DNA of 64,000 bases from NCBI GenBank assembly GCA_029953675.1, contig JAMWBK010000002.1:3224001-3288000 (forward strand), read 5' to 3'. Positions 1 to 15,516 of this stretch are shown piece after piece; the first letter of the stretch is position 1; the number at the start of each line of letters is the position of its first letter. Below the pieces are notes generated by a model. It had not been told where the DNA came from and did no database searches. It saw only the letters and a list, made by a program, of their open reading frames with translations. The stretch is from Rhodosorus marinus CCMP1338. Its lineage: Eukaryota > Plantae > Rhodophyta. Position numbers and translations under genes: made by a program.

Positions 1-2717
1 CTTGTGTTCTTTAAAAGGGTCAGTCCTCTGTAGAATCCAGCGTGGTTGCGCTCATAATTTCCTCCGTTTTATGTACGTTCATACTGAACCTTTTGGACCT
101 CTGTGATGTCTACAATGCAGGTCAACACTCCGCTAGAGCTTGCTGACGCTCTCCTCTGCCTTGCAGAGTTTAGACTGCTGGAAACGAAGAAGACTTCATC
201 CTGGGCTCCGTGGCTGAAACTTTCCTGGGAGCTTATTGCACACTTGCTTCTAGACAAGTTCATGCATTTGGTAACAGAGCGCGTAAGTTGAAACGGTATC
301 TCCTCGGCGAGACGCTTATTGGGCGTGATGTCCACGGCACTCGGCACCAACTGGAATTCGAACGACCTTCTGAACTAAGCTGTTCGTCTTCAGGTTTGCT
401 CGGTGTCATACCTTCTCAAGCTGAAGAAGATTTTCGAAAGAATGGTTCGGTTGGTTCTGTTCGATGAGCGTGGAACTGAGACATCCACGCACGTCCGCAT
501 ATTTGAGGCATACCTAAGAATTGAACGAGACGTGAAAAAGCGTATGAACGTTTCCAAGGCTTATATTGAGAAGAAGAAAAAGAAGAAGAAATCGCAGAAA
601 AAGCAACTTTTCAGTGACGCTCAGGTATGCTAGAAGCTTCATGTTGTGAAGCGCTGGTTGTGCGCTGCTTGGTAAATGGCGGGGAAACTCAGGATGCTCA
701 CTTGTTGGTTATTGCTTTAATCTACTTGGTCTATTATGTTTCAGAGCACAAACGTTTTGCAGTCTTTGGGGTACAGCGGCGTTGACGAGCTTGCGAAAGG
801 CTACAAGCTCGTGTCAGAGTCGGTGGTAGGCACAGGAAACGTGGTAGCCTTGGCACTTCCGTTCAAGCTGCCTCTGCCTCGGTTTTTGCGGGTAAACGGT
901 GCTCCCGAGGCTACCGACGAAGAGCTCTCATTGGGGATTGGAGCGGTAAAGGTTTTGAACAACCAGAGAACTGCCTTCGGGCGGCTGATGCGGCACATAT
1001 CTGCGAACTTTCATGACGTGATGGAGATCTACGAACCACGGGCTACTGATGCCGACAAGGTTTGCTTTGCTTATAAGTGCTTGCCTATGTTCCTTTCGTC
1101 GCTGATAAGAACGACCCCAATTGATTCGCAGGTGCTATCAAGTATGTTCCAGATGAAGGTCACTTGCAGAAAGTTCTGCCGTGGCGAGATCACCCTCGAG
1201 GAGATGTCGACCAGAAACTCAGCCACGCTGAAGGCGTGGATGAAAGTCGGCCCACGTGGTGCTAACTCCCTCATGAACATTCCGGATCACATATGGCATC
1301 ATCTTTTCTACATCCTGCGTGCCAACCGTCTCGTCGGCTACTATTCAGTTGAGAGTGGAAAATGTGTCAGAAAGTTCCCTTTCGGTGGTTTTGAGCCAAA
1401 TTCCGAGCAGAGCGCGTTGGTGCGAAGTTCGTCTTTGGAAAGGACAAATCCGCGAGCCCCGACAAGAAAGGAATACCAATACATATCCGAGCTTGTGCAG
1501 GGCGCGGACTCGAACGGCGACATTTCCTTGAAGGAGCGCGAACTGTTTCAGGGGTTGGCGCGAAAGGTAGGGCAAGAAGCGAACGATTGAACTTGTGAAT
1601 CGATATGCTGACAGGCTGGACTACCTTCGCGTAGGTGTTCTGCGCTCCGCAACAGCTATTCAATTGGAAGACGCCTGCGACGCTCTCGAAAGGTCGACCC
1701 GCAATCCTAATGGTGTCCGAGAGTTTCCTATCTATTCCGTGGGAACTTTTCTTCGACCATTTGGTGGTCCGTTCCTTGTGCCTGATGGACCTCGTGCGTG
1801 GAATTCAAACCGGTGGTCATATTGAAGCCCTGAAGCCATCCGCCCGTACCGTGGAGCGAATCAAGTGAGTTAGCGCTTTTGGTTGCTATTTTTGATGTTA
1901 TCTGTGCTTACGTCATGTACAACTTTTCATTAATAGGTATCTAAGCTTTTACACAGAGCGCAAGTCGAACTCCCGAGACATGACCGACCTTTCCAGGCGC
2001 AAATTGTTGTCTCAACAAGCACTTTTGAAAATTGGCTACTCACCACCGGATGTGCTGGTAAAGAGTCTTGGGATAAAGGGCTTCAATGAGCCGAGATTGC
2101 TTGACGCAATAGAGCGACCGAGGGGTCCCTGCAACTCTCCTCTGGCGGTAGCTCGGATCAAGCGCTGGGATCCAAGGAATATTGCTGCGTTTAAATCCTC
2201 GCAATATCCGTATGTTGACTTTGTGAAGGTGGGGCAAAAGGCATGTTAACCCCGTAGTCCGAGCTCTATGTGCTAAGATTCGTTTCTGCTGTAGGTGCCG
2301 TGGTTGAGCTCCGCAACCGCGAAGGATTTGGAAGAGGCTGCATCGAAACGAGAAAAGGCTGCTGTTTACGTTTTCTTGTTTACTTTTGCGGACCTCGTAG
2401 ACAGCAGTGAAGCTGTCTTCGATTTGTACAAGCAGATGGGTAATTCTATTCTGTTGCTTACTAGTGCTCCCAAGATGGACGTTTTGGCGAGGCATTTGAC
2501 TGACTGGGAGGTAGACAGGAAGTGGTTGTTCCGAGCCCAAGGAACAAAGAGTCTGCATGAGACTCTCAAGTTACTGCTCCAAAACATATCGATTTTCTGC
2601 CGGGAAAGGCAAATCCCCATTGTCCAGTTTGTTGGGGAGGATCTGATCGAACCTATCATGCGCACGATCGCGAAAGAAAGTGCTGTCAATCGGATGCGAA
2701 GAGGCTTTCAACTCTAA
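1..2717 (+). CDS. 3' part of a large multi-exon protein of unknown function (helical, poly-Lys NLS-like tract, possible CHAT/separase-like motif); 5' end lies outside the window
   Basis: ORF pieces join through mostly phase-compatible GT-AG introns: 283-393, 625-744 (DAQ|STN), 1567-1634 (ARK|VFC), about 1865-1957 (phase uncertain), about 2230-2294 (FVK|VPW). Stop at 2717. Family not recognised. Confidence 0.6.
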
Positions 2718-3426
2718 CTTTTTTACGCACAAACAATTTTTTCTTGTTTTGAAGGCAAGAATATTTATAATTTTTATGGTAAATTTTGGACATATGTATT
2801 CTCGTGTCTTTTCGGACAACACAGCCCTGGTGATCCGATCCATTCCGAATGCGACTTCGCACAAACGTCGGGCTTCTTCGCCTGCGCGCTATGATGTTAC
2901 CCCCTTAAAATGAGGCAGAGATCCATTCCACTCGCTTTTGCGTCGCGCTTCATGCAGAAATAGGGGTCCAATCCATCTTGGAATCTTCTGCCGTGAAGGC
3001 CTCCTCTTGCGCAGAAGCTGGTGGCGCCGACCTGATGTGATATGCTTCGGTCTGAGAAGACCCAAGACTCGCAAAAGCGAGGAGGATGATTTCAGCATAT
3101 ATTGCTGGTGCTGTATCGACGGCTTTGCTTTCATCCACTGTGAACCTGTTCAACGAACAGAGAATACGCTGAGGTCCTCCAACTGTCTCCGTCCCATGTG
3201 GGACTGTCCCGCGAATCCAAGAATTTTTGTGGATTTTAATTGGGCAACAAGAATAGCCCATGTTTCCGGTGAAAAGACCTTTACATAGTATTGGATGAAA
3301 ACTCCCAACTGAAGCTTCCAATTGGTGTAAAGATGCTTATCGACAGGGCCAGAATAAGTTTTCAAATTTTAATGGTCGAAACTGGAACATTCGCCATTGA
3401 TATCTTATGGGAGATCAGGTTTCAAA

Positions 3427-3476
3427 TACGGCTACGAAGCGAGGTTCAGGTTACACATATGGCTACGAAGCGAGGT
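3427..3476. repeat. short direct duplication (GGCTACGAAGCGAGGT x2, 31-bp period)
   Basis: Identical 16-mer at 3430-3445 and 3461-3476. Confidence 0.85.
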
Positions 3477-3642
3477 GTGTAGGTTGTAGACGAGCATTGC
3501 GCTCTTAAGAAGTAGTGGTAAGCTGGATGGGAAAGCTCTTGATCTTAGATAGGAGTTTCCACCAACCGCGGTGCTTAATCTGCGGTAGGAGATGTATCCC
3601 GGTTTCACTTCTAGGAAACGAAGGCCGCTAGTTTTAGTTATC

Positions 3643-6600
3643 ATGGGGGGAGCTTATTACGAGGTTCAAGAAGGACAGCTCCAGGTCCAAGATGTTGTCC
3701 CAGAGGCGTTCCAGAGCGTGTTCCCGTTTAGGTGAGCTCAGTGGCAATCACGTCGGAGTCACGGGGCAGAAACTCACTTGATGCTAGTAAGCAGGTACTT
3801 CAATCAAGTTCAGGTCGGGAGCATTGCAGCGTTTACTGAGGACAGTAATTTAGTCGTCAGTGCTCCAACTGGTAGCTTGTTTTCAGAATCAAGTCTACGG
3901 ATGACCATTGCGTTGAGTAGGTGCGGTCCTCTATTTCAGGTTCTGGGAAGACGGTCGTTTTCGAGCTGGCAATTTGCCGGCTGATTCAACGAAGACTAAA
4001 TGGGCGTCAAGAATTTAACATCGTGTAAGCGCAGATCTGAACGTTGTCTATTTTTTATCCAGTACCGGTCGCTTACAACTGCAATGTCACACGCCGCTCA
4101 CCAGATACCTGGCCCCCGTTAAGGCTTTATGCGCGGAGAAAGCCACGGAGTGGAAGAAAAAGTTCGAACCCTTTGGAATCACAGTTGAAGAAGTTACTGG
4201 AGATAGCACGGGCGACTTTCACACCCTGACAAGTGTGGACTTGATTTGCACGACACCTGAGAAGTGGTATGTGCGTTTCTTAGAGCGCTGTAAGCCGGGA
4301 TTGTGGTGACTCAAATGCGCTTCCTATTATCTTCTTCCCAGGGATACTCTCACGAGGACACGGGGCCCTCATATCAATAGAAAAGTGCCACAGAATGAAA
4401 TCGACCTGTTCTTTCAGTTTGGAATAGCATCGAAGACAGCCCTCCTCATTGTAGACGAAGTTCACAGCCTTAATGATGAGCGAGGTGGGACCCTTGAAGC
4501 CGTCATTTCGCGGATGAGACTGACGCAGACTCTTCTCCGCCACGCGTCGAGCGAGCGAGCAGCAGCTACTCACCTCAGGATTGTCGCCGCAAGCGCAACC
4601 ATTCCCAACGCCGCTGATGTTCAGGAATGGCTTAGACCAGCCTCGCTGAGATACTTCGATGACTCTGTGAGGCCATGCAAGCTAACCTCTCACGTGCTGG
4701 GTTACCAAGAGTCGAACCCGTACCAGTTCGAAAGCCAACTAACGAAGAGGTTGCCAGAGGTCATCTCTCAGTATAGCAATGGACGGCCATGCTTGGTTTT
4801 TTGCCCAAGCCGGAAATCTTCAATGAACACCGCGATTGCCCTCTCCGAAATGCTCTTGAATAGTATGATAAGAACCCAGTCGACTTTTTTTCAACTCGGA
4901 TACATGAAGGTTCGGTTATCGATGCTGACTCACGTGACTACTCCTGCTCGATGCTTTTTTTGCTCTTCGCAGGACGACAGCGGCAGGAATCCTCGAGGAC
5001 GTTGCACTCCGGCAAAGCATGGGAGGAATGGGCCCTGCGAGTTGAAAGTGATAGTCTGCGCAAGTGTGTAGTTCAAGGGGTAGCCTTCCACAACGCAACA
5101 CTCAGCACTTTCGACCGGAAGCTGGTCGAGGACATGTTCCGAAACGAGGCGTTGCCTGTCGTCTGCACAACGACAACGCTGGCGCAGGGAGTCAATCTTC
5201 CAGCACATCTTGTTGTGATAAAGTCGACACGAGTTTATCGAAAGGGACAACTGTGCGAGTATGATTCGAACCTCATCATACAAATGCTGGGAAGGGCTGG
5301 CCGACCTCAGTACGACGACAGCGGGACTGCGGTTATCATGACTTCTTTGAACAGCAAAAGTCTATACGATCTGACGGTGAAGGGTGCTCACCATGCAGTG
5401 GAGAGTCAACTGAGGAACGCTTTTGTCGAGCACGTTAACGCCGAGGTTTGGCCCCACTTTCGGTTACATAACTCTACAGTTTTCCTTTCTGCCCGTGGGG
5501 TTCTACACTCACACTAGCTGGTTAAACAGGTTTGTCGGGGAACGATTGTTGACGTACCGGGTGCCATGCTGTGGTTGAAGGAAACTTTCTTCTGGGTCAG
5601 GGTGAAGAGAAATCCAGGGCACTATTTCGGATGTGAATCTAAAACGCACTATTCTGACTCCGAAATTGAAAAGCGTTTGAAGGACTTATGCCTCACCGCT
5701 TTGAACCTCCTGGGCGAGTCAGGACTGATCGCGTACGATGAGGACGGTGTAACGATCAGTTCCACTCCAGCCGGGATTCTTATGGCAAAGTTCTATATCA
5801 AGTTTTCGACAATGATTTTGATCCAGAAAGCTTCTCAATTCCATTGTGTGGAGGATCTGCTTCGGATATTGTCTGAAGCTGAAGAGTTCTCTGAGGTGAC
5901 TTTGCGGAGGAGCGAGAAGCGTGTTCTCAATGATATTAACAGGATGAACGTATACAAGCTGCCTGCAAAAGAAAGAGTTCGAACCAGAGCGGACAAGGTT
6001 TTCGTCCTCGTTCAAGCTCATCTCTGTGACAGCGACAGGCTGTCCGAGAACGTTTCGTTGATGTTGGAAGCAAACCGCGTCATTTCTTTACTTCTGAGAG
6101 TATGCAATTGCGCCTGTGCATACATTGAAGAAAGCACGTTTGATAGAGCCAGGTTTAGTGCACTGAGCTCCTGCTTCTTTTTGAGACGTTGTCTACTAAC
6201 GAGGACGTCCCTGAACGGGGAGAATGTACTCAAACAACTGAAAGGGGTAGGTACGGCGATGAGGCTACAGCTGAAGGAAGCGGGTATAGAGTCGTTCAAT
6301 GATATAAGAGCAGAGCACCCAAGGAAGTTGGAATCAATCTTGCACAGAAACCCGCCCTTTGGTAATGAGCTTCACCAGCAGCTGAAAAGCCTGCCTCTGC
6401 TGACCATCAAAGTCGAGATTTTGAATGAGAATCTGGTTGTCAGAGCTCAGTGCAATATCGAATCGACCACACGCAGATTTTCTTTGCTTTTCCTGCTTGG
6501 AACCAGTGGTCCGCAGCCGCGGACGCTTCTGAAACGCTTCCTTGCAACTTCGTCGAACACATGGCACGAGGAAAAAATTTCCTGCAGGGCGGGAGGAGGA

Positions 6601-7287
6601 ATTTTTCCCGTAACCGTTCTATTCGCGGTGGAGGATGTATTCGGAATGGACGTGGAGAAAGTCCTAGAGAGGAAAGTTGATGGGCTCCTTTTAATTCGTG
6701 CAGCACCGAGGAAGGAATCCTCTGCCAAGGATTCAGAATCCCTCTCCTCTCTCCGTCGCCGGGCAACCACAATCCCTGAGTATCCGGTGAAGAGACTGAA
6801 AGACAACAGGGTATGCAGAGCACTTCTACATCACTGTGAGTTGAGTTCTGAGTTTGTGGTGCGTTCTTTTCGAGAATAGTTGAAGGCCAGGCGCGAACCG
6901 GAGTTCGTTTCACTTTCAGCAGCTCTCCAAGTCGTCTCAACGAGTCCACGAACTGGTAACACCGCGGTAAGCAACGGACGTGCACATGGAACAGCTCATA
7001 TCCTGGATGAAAATTTCCCAACCACTAGTAGAACGGTGCTGCCATTTGTAGGATGGTATTCCAAACCAGTCGGTAAACCAATCCAAGACCAAACCGATTC
7101 AAACAGTTCAATCAAAGAAACAAGCTCAACATCCAATAAGCGACGAAATGAGGGAATATCAATCTATTTTGTCCTCACTCTTTTCGTAGAATTTACACTT
7201 CCACGTCCACGAAGAAAATCAAGATATCCGCACACAATTATTGTACTTTTTCACAAAAGAAATTTCAGGCAATGTCACCACAAATAA
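3643..7287 (+). CDS. MER3: Meiotic Ski2-like DExH helicase MER3/HFM1 with Sec63 domain, multi-exon
   Basis: Spliced translation gives VFPFRYFNQVQ, APTGSGKTVVFELAI (Walker A), YLAPVKALC, TTPEKWD, LLIVDEVH, VCTTTTLAQGVNLPAHLVVIK and QMLGRAGRPQYD, then a Sec63 region (MAKFYIKFSTM; LSEAEEFSEVTLRRSEK). ATG at 3643. The 3' end is 6879, or about 7287 if the intron 6811-6879 (GTATGC...AATAG, phase 0) is spliced. Confidence 0.9.
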
Positions 7288-9780
7288 ATGAAAAATTCCA
7301 CCTCAGGAACCGGGTCGACTTCGATTCGGAACTCCGTCGGATTTAGTGAAAGCTTTTTTTTATATGTAATTGTATGTTCTTAGTTCCTTTTAACGGTTTG
7401 CGTAGCGCTGTAGGCTAATTGTATGTCTGTTTTGAGCTGGGTGACGGAATAGCTGCTTCTATTCCCGCACCTTGGGTGCAGACCCGTTTAGTCGCTTGTG
7501 GCTCTCATAAGCTTAGACTGTCGTGCAGGGTTACGATCGATGCTCAAGTGCGCAAGCCCGTGTATCAACCAGTCCGTCTCCGAAGAAGTTCGAACACAGC
7601 CCTGGTCTTAGAGGATGAAAGCCGAACCATGCGGCGGAAGACTCACAAGCAAATTCCCTCAGTCGTTCTTTATCGTTAGAACCTTCCCATCAGTTGCTCT
7701 ACGTAGCGAGCCTACCGCTGATGGAGACATGTCATCAAAACGCTAACCCACTATTCAGTCAAGACAGCGACCGGTCCCCAACAAACCGGACAAGCTCGAT
7801 CCACATTTTCCCGCGAAAATAAAAAAACGAAATACCTCGGAAACCGAGTTTCAAGACACCCACCGACTTGTCGGATCCAGACTCGATAATACTCTTAAGG
7901 AAACGCCTTTTTTGGAACTCGGGACATTTTGCACTCCAGATTCTCCATTCATTCGATAATCACAATATCTTTTATATAAATATATTTAGGGGATACATCT
8001 CATCGGTATCGCTGGAAAAACGATGGATCCAGCCCGAATTTACGATGATTCATACACCCCAAAGTCAACCCCAAGAGCATAATTGCCTAAATTTTAATAC
8101 AGAAAAAAAATAAACCCGCAAATCTACGCATAATAGAGCTCCGAATCTCCCAAATATCCTAAATCTGTCATTTTCACTTTCTCTGTAAGCTTATCAACCA
8201 AAAAATAAATTCTGTACTAGCAACCCGTTAACTTTCATTGGTTGAAACAACTTAAATAATATACTTTTTCGAGAATTCCTGTTTTTTAGAAAACAAACGA
8301 AGCAAGAATTCAACCCGACTAGCGCTCCTTGCTCAACTACAATCAATCTCACAGTTGTCTTTGATTTTTAAATCAATTTAAGTTCAATGAGCAATTTGGT
8401 CAATATCCCATACCCCCCCTCTGACCCCATTTAAAGCCAGACTGCTCATCTTCTACTTATGATAGGTTGCTAGAAATCACGTTCATGAAACCCATTGACG
8501 TAAAACACTCTCCTCTCTCCTGTCTTGACTTTTTCCATTTTCAGCTGTGAACTGCGCTTAATAGCTTTTTCGATGCGGTGCCCTGACGCGCACTAGTTGG
8601 GCTTCTCTTCAGATAAGTGGTAGACGAATTTTTCGATTTGGGGTTTGTGGGGGTTTTGAGGGGGTTATGCCGCCACTACTGATAAATCATTGGAAGCTCC
8701 CACATCACGAGATGTGTTCCCCGAAACAGTTTGGGCTCCGCTCTTTTGCCTGCTTTCCTTTGTAAGCTTTGTATAAAAGGGTTATGGCGACGCGCGCCTC
8801 TGCCTTTCCCCCCGTCTGCGGTGTTTGGCTGGCGCCGATGGGAAAAAAAAAAGAGGGGGCCATATCTCGGCTACCCATTTTTTTGAGCCATCCTTATTGT
8901 TTCCGTTCTGTGAGACCAGTTTCATAGATAGGATTTGGCGCGTTTTCAAAGCTTAAAAAGACATAATCGTTCCAAGAAGTGTCGTCGTTTCTACTGCTAA
9001 TGATTGCTTTTTTTGGCTGTCTTGACGACCTGAGCTTTTGCTCCGGGGTTTGGATTTCTTATTTCTGTTATTTTAGGACCCCTTTTTTTCCAGGACAGGG
9101 AATTTGTTTTCAAGGCTTCGGGTGTTAATTTTTTTTTGCCACCCTCCTCGTGCGCTTCGCGCACGAATTTGCTGTTGTGGTTCTACCTCAAGGAGACGTG
9201 GGGAAGTGGATACTTGGGGATGACGGTGTGGGAGGGGTTTACTCTTGCAGCTCTGTTAAGATTGTTGGAATTCTGGCTCGAGTGTGGGGTTGATTGTTGT
9301 GCTCCTGAAATACGCCAGAGGAGAGGGTGAGGATTTGTCTTCGCCTTGGAGCAGAGGAGAGGCTTTCCAAGGTCCCGTTTGTCAACCTTGTGAACAGATT
9401 TTCAACGAGGCGTGTGCAGTGGAGCGTTGGCTAGTTGGCTGGTGGATATCCTTTGGGCTTTGACGGGAGGGGTAGTGATTGAGCCGGACGGCTCGGGCAG
9501 GGAGCTTTGGTTAGTGAGGATGCACATGTAAGAGGGTTCAGCGTACTCTTTGGAAGGGGTTTGGAGGAACTTGTGGAGGGTGTTGTGTGTGTGGAGAGGC
9601 TGAGAGTTCATGACTTTGAAAACAAGTAGGATTGTTTAAGTTGTGAGTGCTAACGAGGTTGTGGAATTTTTTTGAGAGTTCCTTCGAAGTGGGGGTGGGG
9701 GAGGGCGCTTGTCAATTCCCCCTGTGTTCGATTTTGAAGGGTAGTTTTTGGCGCGTGGGGTTTTGCTACTTTTCTGAAGA

Positions 9781-11300
9781 ATGACAGACGCTTCCCTGTC
9801 CTTGGGCTTCGATGACAGCATTGTGCGAATGGGTTTGTCAGCTCCGTCGATTGAGCTGTCGCTTCCTGGGTTTGGGGAACTGTCAAACTCGGCGACTGCT
9901 TTGGACAGGATGGATAGCAAGCCCGGGTCGGAAGTAAATTTTTCAGCTTTCAACTCCGAGATTTCGTCGTCGACTGCGCCAGTAGAAAAGAAATCGTGCT
10001 TGCTAGCGGAGGACATCGAACAGGATGTTGCGGTAGTGGAAGACACTTTCTCGAAGTTTCCAAAGAGGAAAGGGGACGAGGACAAGCACAGTCCAAATTT
10101 CGAACTGAACTGGTATAACGATAGACCGCATGAAGAGCACGCGGCGTTTAGCTCATTGCCCCCGAGAGCTCCGGTGAATTATACCCCCGCTGATTCTTCT
10201 GCTAAGAAGCGAATGAGAAAGGAACCCCTGGCGATTTCCACTGTGACACAAAAGTCACCGGATAACTCGAAACGCAGAAACTGGACTGAGGAAGAGGTTC
10301 AGAAGTTTTACGAAGGCCTCTACAAGTTTGAAGCTGATTTTCCGAGCATTTCTGCATATATAGGTACTAAGCGAGCTGACCAGGTATGCATACGAAGAGC
10401 TCCCTGTCATGTAGAAGGCTTGCAGAGCCTAATTCACCCAGTGACCCGCTTTGCTTGTCCTTTCGAACGCGTAGGTCAGCTCTCTGTTCAGGAAAGAATT
10501 CTCAAGAGCTCAGCACCACTTCAAGAAGGACGGGATTATTGTACCAACGCAAAGAGGAGCCAAAGCCAATTTGGCCGATCAAGTTGCTGTCCTGAAGCAG
10601 TGGGCAGTGGAGAGATCCGAGAATACTAATATCGCGGAATCTGAGACCAGAACAGAAGGTGCGAAACTGCCGAGAAAGAAGACCTCCGCAAAGCATCACG
10701 TGCAGGTAGGCACTCAAGAAAGGACTGATGATGACGCTTTTTATATGTGCTTCTTCCGACGGAGCAACTGACTGAGAATTTGGCTTCTGTTATTGTTGTA
10801 TGAAGTTGGTACCTGAGTCTAAGAATGACGAGACAATTCTTCGAAGCCATGGCTTCAATCCATTGGTAGTCGTCGTGCTCCGTGGTCACCGACCAGTTTC
10901 CGATATTATTGAGCACTTGACTGGCAAATGGGGATCGCTACTAGCCCCGCGGACAGATCTTCAGCTTCTTGGAGACTTCGAGGCAACCTCGAAGATTGAC
11001 GAAGTCCTTGAACAGTTGGGAAATCCCAAGGTACCCCGTCTTCGCTACGAGCTTCTGTACGATGACGAGCCGATTGTTGGCGAGAGCACGTTGAGCAGGT
11101 TACTGGGGAACTCTGTAACCTTCCCAACGTCTTTATTACCGAGCGGCCCGAATGGTATTACGGATGACGTAGCGGAGGAAGTTGTTCTGCCGTTCACGTG
11201 CGAGGACGCGAACGATGGAATGGAAGAGACCTTGGCTGATCATGTTACCGCCTGCCCAAGTCCACCCAGGGGGAGTGCGTTTGCGAGCATCTTCCAATAG
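9781..11300 (+). CDS. SANT/Myb-domain protein, TSL-kinase-interacting protein 1 / CRAMP1-like
   Basis: SANT motif RRNWTEEEVQKFYEGLYKFEADFPSISAYIGTKRADQV. Spliced HVQ|LVPESKNDETILRSHGFNPLVVVVLRGHRPVSDIIEHLTGKWG resembles the TKI1/CRAMP1 conserved block as I recall it. The 3' end is uncertain and may extend to about 11450-11700. Confidence 0.7.
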
Positions 11301-12716
11301 AGAAACTACTGTGAATAGAGAAAGCCCGGAAAGCGAAACAGGTTGCCAGCTCGATTCATCGTCGTGGCGGAGAACGACAACCGGCTTCAAAGGCGCGGGA
11401 GCTAGCCTCCCAGTTGGCCCGTTTTCAGAAAAATCCATTGTTGTACATTAATTGAAGAACTTTAAAGAACAAGCTTCCTTTTAGGGTTGGATAACCTCGA
11501 CCGAGAGCCTAGAACAACTCCAGGTGACCGTGCCCAAGACAAGAGCCAGTACATACGCATACAACGCCACGAGTCTCATTCCGCCACTTGGTCAGGTAGC
11601 TGACTCAACTTCCATGCAGATGGGGAGGCGCTCCATGCTGTGTCACACACAGCGCTACGAATTATGCGATCGGCGGGTGGGCACTAAAGCGATGATATCG
11701 CCCTAACTCAACGTGTTTGCTTGGCGTGTGTCACGAGTGCTAACCATTTCATAGACTGCAGAAGCTAGTCCCTTTCAGTTTGCAATCACACCGAGGAGAC
11801 TACGGTAGCAAAATCACCAGCAAAAAAACTTCTTTCTCCGACAAAAGCACAATCCCACCTGCACTTAGCATCAACACTCTTTCGTCTTCACAACTTACTC
11901 TGCCGCACCAGAAATGAAAAAATTGTCGGGAGAGACAGCTGGAAAAAACTCAGGACACCTGTCCTTCCGATATCCATGATTGATTGATATTTTGATTGAT
12001 ATTAGATATTTTATTTTTTAGGAGAAAGATTGGGGTGGTCACTGAAGTACTGGTGGTCTCTGGACGAAACCAAGGCTGTCTTAGGAATGGATCGACGATC
12101 CTATCGACGCGTACGCAGCAAATCATCTGAGAAGAGTGGATTTGGCGGAGGAGAACCCAAGAAAACCTCCACACGATCTTGGAACGGATCAACATCCCAT
12201 GCCCCGGAGATAAGAGGATCTGACCTCGTCGCCTCATCCCGAGTATAGCACCCAACGTTTTCGGTTTGTTAATATGTGCTTAACCGCGGAGAGAGTTTTG
12301 TAACCCGTCGCGATAGTGGAGAAGAACGCCGATGTCAAGAAGTCCCATTTAGATCTACGCAAGCGAAAGCGATTTGGCCAAGTTCGAAACGAACTGTATC
12401 CCATTGGTCGGTCGAACGCGTTGCGATCTTTATGCAACTCAGGACCGAGAGAAAACAAATCTCAATGACAAAAGGGAAGAGACCCTACTTTTCGGGATAC
12501 TGTTGGGGATACGTTTAGTATTTAGTTTGCTAGGGGGGATTGAAGAGGAACTCCTCACGGAAAGAGCACAAGCTAAGCAGTATCCGTTTACGTGCGATGC
12601 TGTTTGTCGGTAGTATCAAGGCTGGATCAGTAAATTGTCTATCAGGGTTTAGAGGCGGAAGACGCGTTGAGGCTCTGATAAAGCCCATTTGGAGTTGTCA
12701 TTATCGAAGAAGCTCA

Positions 12717-14718
<2,002 letters not shown>

Positions 14719-14838
14719 GCTGGGAATCCAATAATCCAACAAGAAAGCCGAGGGATTCTCACACTATTCACGTACGACAGTGTTCATCGACGACTGATAA
14801 TCTGAAATAAACGAAAAATAATAAAGTTCTTATCTTGC

Positions 14839-14996
14839 ATTGGCTGAGCAATATCCTTGGAAATCTCATGATTGGATAAATTGTTCCATATTGACTGAGC
14901 ATCTAACACGTGTTATTTCTTAAATGGTAAGAACGTCAAGTTCTGATATCGGATTGGTTAACTGAGATACGCCAGATTAGTCGATGGCATAATTGG
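14839..14996. promoter_or_regulatory. CCAAT-box cluster (ATTGG at 14839, 14871, 14953, 14992) in an AT-rich intergenic island
   Basis: Four same-orientation ATTGG in 160 bp, plus a near match at 14890. Function is inferred. Confidence 0.4.
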
Positions 14997-15516
14997 TCAT
15001 CATGAAAGAAAAAAGGAAAAGTTTACAGGTGAGGACTAAGGCATTGCCCGGAGCTCCTAGTGTTCTGGTTACACAATGCATCGTTTGGGTGGCCAAAGGA
15101 TTCCACACCTGCTGATTATGCCAAAAGTAGTCCTGGTTTCCGGAGGCTTTTCAAAGGAGCGCGAAAGCTCGTGAGTGGACAACACGGACCGCCTGACTCT
15201 TTGGATCATCCTAAGAACTGAACTGATCATCGCATTGCCGAGAACTTCAATAGTCATGAAATACTTCGCTCACTAAAATGTTCCTTCCTACTTCTTCACT
15301 GTCTCACCAAAAGAGTTTCTGGTTTCTTCACTAAAGAGAGCTGATTCCAAGCAAAAGTCGTTTCGCGCGGGGGGGGTGGTTCCGCGCATATAAGAACATC
15401 ATTACCATAGTCGTAGTAGACCAGTTAGATGATACTATCCATCACTTAACTCCCTATAGACGAGGAAAAAAAAAAAGCACCTGTTTGGCTATGGAAATCG
15501 GCGCAAAAGTGCCGTT

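Noticed and set aside
2720-3640. Minus-strand ORF fragments between gene 1 and MER3
   Set aside because: No recognisable motif and no coherent splice path.
6877-7287. In-frame ORF directly after the MER3 TAG (possible stop readthrough)
   Set aside because: A phase-0 intron 6811-6879 (GTATGC...AATAG) removes the stop more simply.
7400-8350. C/A-rich tract and intron-like signal suggesting a minus-strand gene
   Set aside because: Careful translation gave only a 33-aa ORF (from ATG 7952) with no family signal. At most a weak ncRNA candidate.
8400-9000. Possible structured RNA or Sm-site-like AATTTTT
   Set aside because: No U1/U2/U4/U5/U6, SRP, tRNA or rRNA hallmark sequences found.
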